Source of the DNA: a bacterium
GTDB lineage: Bacteria; UBA8248
DNA length: 64,000 bases
NCBI GenBank assembly: GCA_965200245.1
Contig: CBDATS010000015.1
Coordinates: 373,209 to 437,208 of the forward strand
Direction: 5' to 3'
The notes beneath the pieces are model-generated. The model saw only the letters and a list, made by a program, of their open reading frames with translations. It made no database searches and was not told the DNA's origin. The position numbers were made by a program, and so were the translations under genes. Shown here in pieces: positions 59,340 to 64,000 of the stretch (the stretch's first letter is position 1; every line of letters begins with the position of its first letter).

Positions 59340-59541
59340 TGCGGCCAAACCGGACTCCCCATCCTGGATAGAGACGTTCCCGAGCAAGGCCCTGCAATGT
59401 ACTTGACAAGCGCTTCACCTCACAAGCCACAGGCGAAAGAACGCCACCTGCCGGAACCGCGCGCAAAAGGAATACTGGACACTGCACAGCACCAGCACTT
59501 AGAATGAATGGCGAGACAGCGCGGCTTGCGAGGAAATCGTT

Positions 59542-61191
59542 ATGACAGAGATCAGTTCGACGACATACCGCCCTCCCGCCAAAATCGGGGCCCTGCTGAC
59601 ACGCCAACGCGAAAAGGGCTATCTCACGAAAGAGGCAATCACGCAGATTTCCAGAGGCTTGGGCGTGCCCATCTACGAGTCATACGGCATCGCCAGTTTC
59701 TTCCCGCATTTTCATCTCGAAAAACCCGCCAGACCGAAAGTACAGGTCTGCCGGGATATGAGTTGCCTGCTCTCAGGCGGCGACACTCTGTTCGATAACG
59801 CGAAAAAGATCGCCCGCCGCGTCGGCGTGAGGAACCTCCGGCCCGAGAGATGCGCCTGTCTGGGCCAGTGCGACAAGGGTCCCGCCGCCGAGATCGAAGG
59901 CCGCATCTATTCCGCCCTCACAGAGGAAAAACTTCAGGATATCCTCGACTCCTGGAAAAACGAAAAAACAAGGCCCGCCTCAAGGGTGCAAAAACTGAAA
60001 GATGCACCGCGCATCAATCCCTACCGGAAGAACGAGGCGTTCGGTGTGCTGCGCGCCCTCATGCGAAGTGATGCACCCGAAAGCGTTATCGACGTCCTGA
60101 AGGAAAGTGGCCTGCGCGGAATGGGCGGGGCCGGTTTTCCTGTCGGTCTCAAGTGGAGTTTTGTCTTCGACGCGCCCGGGGCGGAGAAATTCGTCATCTG
60201 CAATGCCGACGAGAGTGAGCCGGGCACGTTCAAGGATCGCGCCATCATGGACACGCATCCCGAACTCGTGGTGGAGGGTATCCTCATCGCCTGTCGGGCC
60301 GTGGGTGCCCGGCGCGCGATCATCTACATACGCCATGAATACGGCGCACAGGCGAGGAAACTGGAACGTGCCATTGATCGCGCACGCAAGACACGCCTCA
60401 TCGAAACAGGGAACACCCCGCACCTTGAAATCTTTACCAGCCCCGGGGGCTACATCTGCGGGGAGGAAACGGCACTCCTCGAAGTGCTGGAGGACAAGCG
60501 CGCCCAACCCCGTGACAAACCCCCCTTCCCTGGAACGGCGGGCCTCTTCGGCAAGCCGACTCTCATCAACAACGTCGAAACATTCGCGCTGATCCCTGCG
60601 GTGCTCAGGAAAGGTGCCGGGTGGTTTTCTTCTTTCGGTCGAAACGGAGGAAACGGCTTCAAGGTGGTGGGCGTGAGCGGTGCGGTGCGAAGACCAGGGG
60701 TCTACGAGGTGGAGTTCGGAACGCCCATACGGGAGATCATCAAGGGTCCGGCCGGTGGATTGACACGGGGTGCCCGACTGAAGGCCTTCTCTCCCGGTGG
60801 AGCCAGCAGCGGTTTCCTGCCTGCCAGCCTCGTGGACATACCCTACGACTTCACCCCCTTGCAACAGGCGGGCAGCATGCTGGGCAGCGGAGCGCTCGTC
60901 GTCATACCGGACGGGGTGGACATGGTAACGCTGGCCCACAACGTGATGCGCTTTTTCAGGGACGAGTCCTGCGGCAAGTGCGTACCCTGCCGCCTGGGAA
61001 CGGAAAAGCTCACCGCCTTCCTGGAACGGGTCCTTGACGGAGAAGCGAGGACATCGGAACTCCCCGCCATGCGCGATATATGCGAGGCGATGAAGGACAC
61101 TTCCATTTGCGGCCTCGGGCAGGCCGCACCAATTCCCTATCTCTCACTCTTCGAATACTTCGCGGCGGACATCGAAGCGAGACTCAGATGA
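59542..61191 (+). CDS. Fused NuoE/NuoF-like (FdsG-FdsB-like) NAD(H)-binding diaphorase subunit of formate dehydrogenase
   Basis: 2Fe-2S C.D.SC...CLG.C; SGLRG.GGAGFP, NADESEPG, YICGEETAL; 4Fe-4S ESCGKC.PCR.G...SICGLG. Confidence 0.92.
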   Translation: MTEISSTTYRPPAKIGALLTRQREKGYLTKEAITQISRGLGVPIYESYGIASFFPHFHLEKPARPKVQVCRDMSCLLSGGDTLFDNAKKIARRVGVRNLRPERCACLGQCDKGPAAEIEGRIYSALTEEKLQDILDSWKNEKTRPASRVQKLKDAPRINPYRKNEAFGVLRALMRSDAPESVIDVLKESGLRGMGGAGFPVGLKWSFVFDAPGAEKFVICNADESEPGTFKDRAIMDTHPELVVEGILIACRAVGARRAIIYIRHEYGAQARKLERAIDRARKTRLIETGNTPHLEIFTSPGGYICGEETALLEVLEDKRAQPRDKPPFPGTAGLFGKPTLINNVETFALIPAVLRKGAGWFSSFGRNGGNGFKVVGVSGAVRRPGVYEVEFGTPIREIIKGPAGGLTRGARLKAFSPGGASSGFLPASLVDIPYDFTPLQQAGSMLGSGALVVIPDGVDMVTLAHNVMRFFRDESCGKCVPCRLGTEKLTAFLERVLDGEARTSELPAMRDICEAMKDTSICGLGQAAPIPYLSLFEYFAADIEARLR

Positions 61192-61206
61192 CGGCGAGAC
61201 CGAGAA

Positions 61207-63949
61207 ATGTCCAAAGATAAAAGGATCGCCATCACTATCGATGAGCGGGAGATTGAGGCAGAAGCCGGCGCGCGTATCTGGGACGCAGCGCAGTCGGTGG
61301 GGATCGATATTCCGAGACTCTGTCATCAGCCCGGCATGGAACCCGTGGGCGTGTGCCGCGTGTGCGCCGTGGAAGTCGGAGGTGCCCGGACGCTCGTTCC
61401 CTCCTGCCACCGCATGGTCGAGCCCGGCATGATGATTCGCACAAATACGGAGCGCGTCTCGCGCGCCCAGAAAACACTCGTGTCCCTGTTGATGGCGGAC
61501 CACGGCCTCGAGTCCGAGCCCGCCAATTGCGAACTTACCGCACTCGCCGGACAAATGGGAATTGGAAACGGCGTGAGCGTCCTGCCTCCGAAGAGGATCG
61601 GGCGCGGGCGGGATTCCTCATCCGCCGTCATCGCAGTCGATCACAGCGCATGTATCCTGTGCGACCGCTGCATCCGTGCCTGCACGGATATTCAGGGCAA
61701 CAACGTCATCGGGCGAGGCGGCAAGGGCGCGAGTGCCGGAATCATGTTCGATGCCGATATGCCTATGGGAGAATCCACCTGCGTCTCCTGCGGCGAGTGC
61801 ATGGCCGCCTGCCCCACGGATGCACTTACGAACAAATCCCTCACGCTGCAAATCGTTCCCGGAGATACGAAAGAGGTGGATTCCGTCTGCCCCTACTGCG
61901 GCGTAGGATGTTCCATCACCTACCAGGTGGCCGGCAACACCCTCCTCGGCGTGCGCGGGGATGAGGCGAGTCCCGTAAACCAGGGCAGGCTTTGCGTGAA
62001 GGGACGCTACGGGTTCGACTACGCACATCACCCGGAGAGACTGACGACTCCCCTCATCCGAAAGGAGGGCGCACCCAAGACGAGGGAACTTCCGGAAAAT
62101 CCCCTCTCCCTGTTCCGGGAAGCGAGTTGGGAAGAGGCCATGGATCTCGCGGCCGGTTCCCTCAAGAAAATCCACGAGGCCCACGGGCCGTCGAGTCTGG
62201 CCGGATTCGGTTCTGCCAAATGCTCGAACGAGGACAACTATCTCTTTCAGAAACTCATCCGCGCCGTGTTCAGCACGAACAACGTGGACCACTGTACCAG
62301 GCTTTGCCACGCGAGTTCGGTCGCCGCCCTCATCCAGACCATCGGCTCGGGTGCCGTGAGCAACCCGTTCTCGGATGCGCTTCACGCGGATTTCATATTG
62401 GTAGCGGGCGCGAACGCCACCGAAAACCACCCGGTGGCCGCCACCTTCATCAAGGAGGCCTCCCACGCGGGTGCCACACTGGCCGTCATCGACCCCAGGA
62501 GAATCGATCTGGTCAATCACGCGGATATGTTCCTGCAGTTCCGCCCCGGAACGGACGTGGCACTCTTCAACGGGCTGCTGCACGTCGTGATCAGGGAAAA
62601 ACTCTACGATGCGGAATTCGTCGCCAAACGCACCGATGGCTTTGCAGAACTTGCGGAAAACGTAAAACCCTACACACCCCAGAACGTCTCGAAACTCACT
62701 GGAATTCCTGCGGAAACGATCCAGAAACTGGCGAGGCTCTATGCGACTTCCGAGCGCAGCATTATCTTCTGGGGAATGGGCCTCTCACAGCATACCCACG
62801 GCACGGACAACTGCCGCGCGCTCATTGCACTTTGCCTGATATGCGGACAGATCGGGCGCAAGGGAACGGGCCTCCACCCCCTGCGGGGTCAGAACAACGT
62901 ACAGGGCGCATCGGACGTGGGTCTCATGCCGACGGTGTATACGGGCTATCAGGAAGTCGCGTCATCCAGCAACCACAGGAAATTCGAAAAGGCATGGGGT
63001 CGCAAACTCGATCCGGAACCCGGTCTGACCGTGATGGAAATCGCCGACGCAGCCCTCAAGGGCGAGATCAAGGGTATGTACATCATGGGCGAGAACCCGG
63101 CCATGAGCGACCCGAACCTGAACCATTCGCGCGGAGCACTGGCGAATCTCGAGTTTCTTGTCGTTCAGGACATTTTCCTCACGGAAACCGCCTATTTCGC
63201 GGATGTCGTCCTGCCATCCACGGCCTTTCCCGAAAAAACGGGCACCTACACGAACACGGACAGGAGAGTCCAGCTCGGCAGGCGCGCCATTGCCCCGCCC
63301 GGCGAGGCGCGGGAAGACTGGAGGATAGTGGCCGAGATGTCCACTCGGCTGGGCTACCCGATGGAATATGAATCAGAAAGCGAGATTTTTGATGAAATCG
63401 CGTCCCTGACACCGCTCATGGCGGGCATATCCTACGACCGCCTGGGGACGTACGGACTCGTCTGGCCATGCATGAGCCCCTCCCACAAGGGCAAGGCAGT
63501 CCTCTTCGACAAATCGTTTCCCTCGGGCCGGGGAAAACTCATACCCGTCGAATACGCACCCGCCAGGGAACTTCCGGATGAGGATTATCCCTTCGTGCTC
63601 AACACGGGGCGCAACATCTACCACTGGCACACCGGGGCCATCACCAGAAGGGCGCAGGCGCTCGATGCTGCGGAACCAGGCCCCTACGTCGAAATGGCGA
63701 AAGAGGATTTGATGCGCCTGAAAATCAAGAACGGCTCGGATGTGCGGGTCGAATCGAGACGCGGGGAAATCACCCTCCCCGCACGGGCTTCTACGCGCGT
63801 ACAGCCAGGCCAGGTGTTCATTCCCTTCCACTACTGTCGAAGCCGCCGCGAACCTGCTCACCGTAGACGACCTCGACCTTTACGGAAAAATCCCCGAGTT
63901 CAAGTTCTGCGCCGTGCGTGTCCGAAAAACCAGGAAACGGCGGGGATAA
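61207..63949 (+). CDS. fdhF: Formate dehydrogenase alpha subunit (FdsA/FdhF-type, Cys ligand), +1 frameshift near 63835
   Basis: Manual translation from ATG 61207: IPRLCH, CRVC, CILCDRCIRAC, CVSCGECMAACP, CPYCGVGC, LCVKG, NVDHCTRLCH, LRGQNNVQG. The C-terminus EAAANLLT...KIPEFKFCAV lies in the next frame, ending at TAA 63949. Confidence 0.9.
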
Positions 63950-64000
63950 GTGCAAATCCGTCAGGGATGAAAACTTCAATTATCCTCAAATTATACTTTA

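Noticed and set aside
59388-59541. Moco riboswitch or sigma70 promoter upstream of the FDH operon
   Set aside because: TTGACA is present at 59403-59408 but has no properly spaced -10, and I cannot match the Moco RNA motif by eye. An Rfam cmscan would decide.
62305-62307. Selenocysteine in formate dehydrogenase
   Set aside because: The ligand codon in TRLCH is TGC, not TGA. The gene is missing from the track because of the 3' frameshift.
1-64000. CRISPR array, tRNA, rRNA, IS or integrase
   Set aside because: No repeat-spacer periodicity, cloverleaf or rRNA signature, or transposase/integrase motif seen by eye.

Overview
Bacterial chromosomal window, mostly GC-rich, with a visibly lower-GC left end (about 1-4.2 kb). 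In order: (1) the edge of an accessory/defence region: 3' part of sbcC, a decayed ORF, and a DarT-family ADP-ribosyltransferase (apparently internally deleted) with a NADAR-type antitoxin; (2) housekeeping ccsA-hemACDB and pyrD-pyrK, plus a class II cyclic-nucleotide phosphodiesterase; (3) scattered catabolic genes, a doubly frameshifted ClC channel, an orphan NHLP-leader RiPP precursor, plsC, a DcaP porin and a molybdo-flavoprotein pair with no 2Fe-2S subunit; (4) a ~21 kb catabolic region (23.6-44.6 kb). It includes an SDR, a two-domain sulfurtransferase whose catalytic Cys codon is an in-frame UGA followed by a SECIS-like hairpin (probable selenoprotein, cut short in the ORF track), a TauT/SsuA-type ABC transporter, and a long minus-strand cluster (PEP-hydrolase-like, Tm-1-like, SdhA-like flavoprotein, dehydrogenase, orphan UbiX, split FdrA, amidase, VOC, TAXI-TRAP); (5) a MoxR/DUF58/vWA/DUF4175/DUF4159/peptidase-MA operon preceded by phased direct repeats; (6) a NuoEF-fusion plus formate dehydrogenase alpha subunit, absent from the ORF track because a frameshift near its 3' end runs it off the window. 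I found no rRNA, tRNA, CRISPR array, transposase or recognisable transcription factor. All family calls come from reading motifs by eye, not from database searches.
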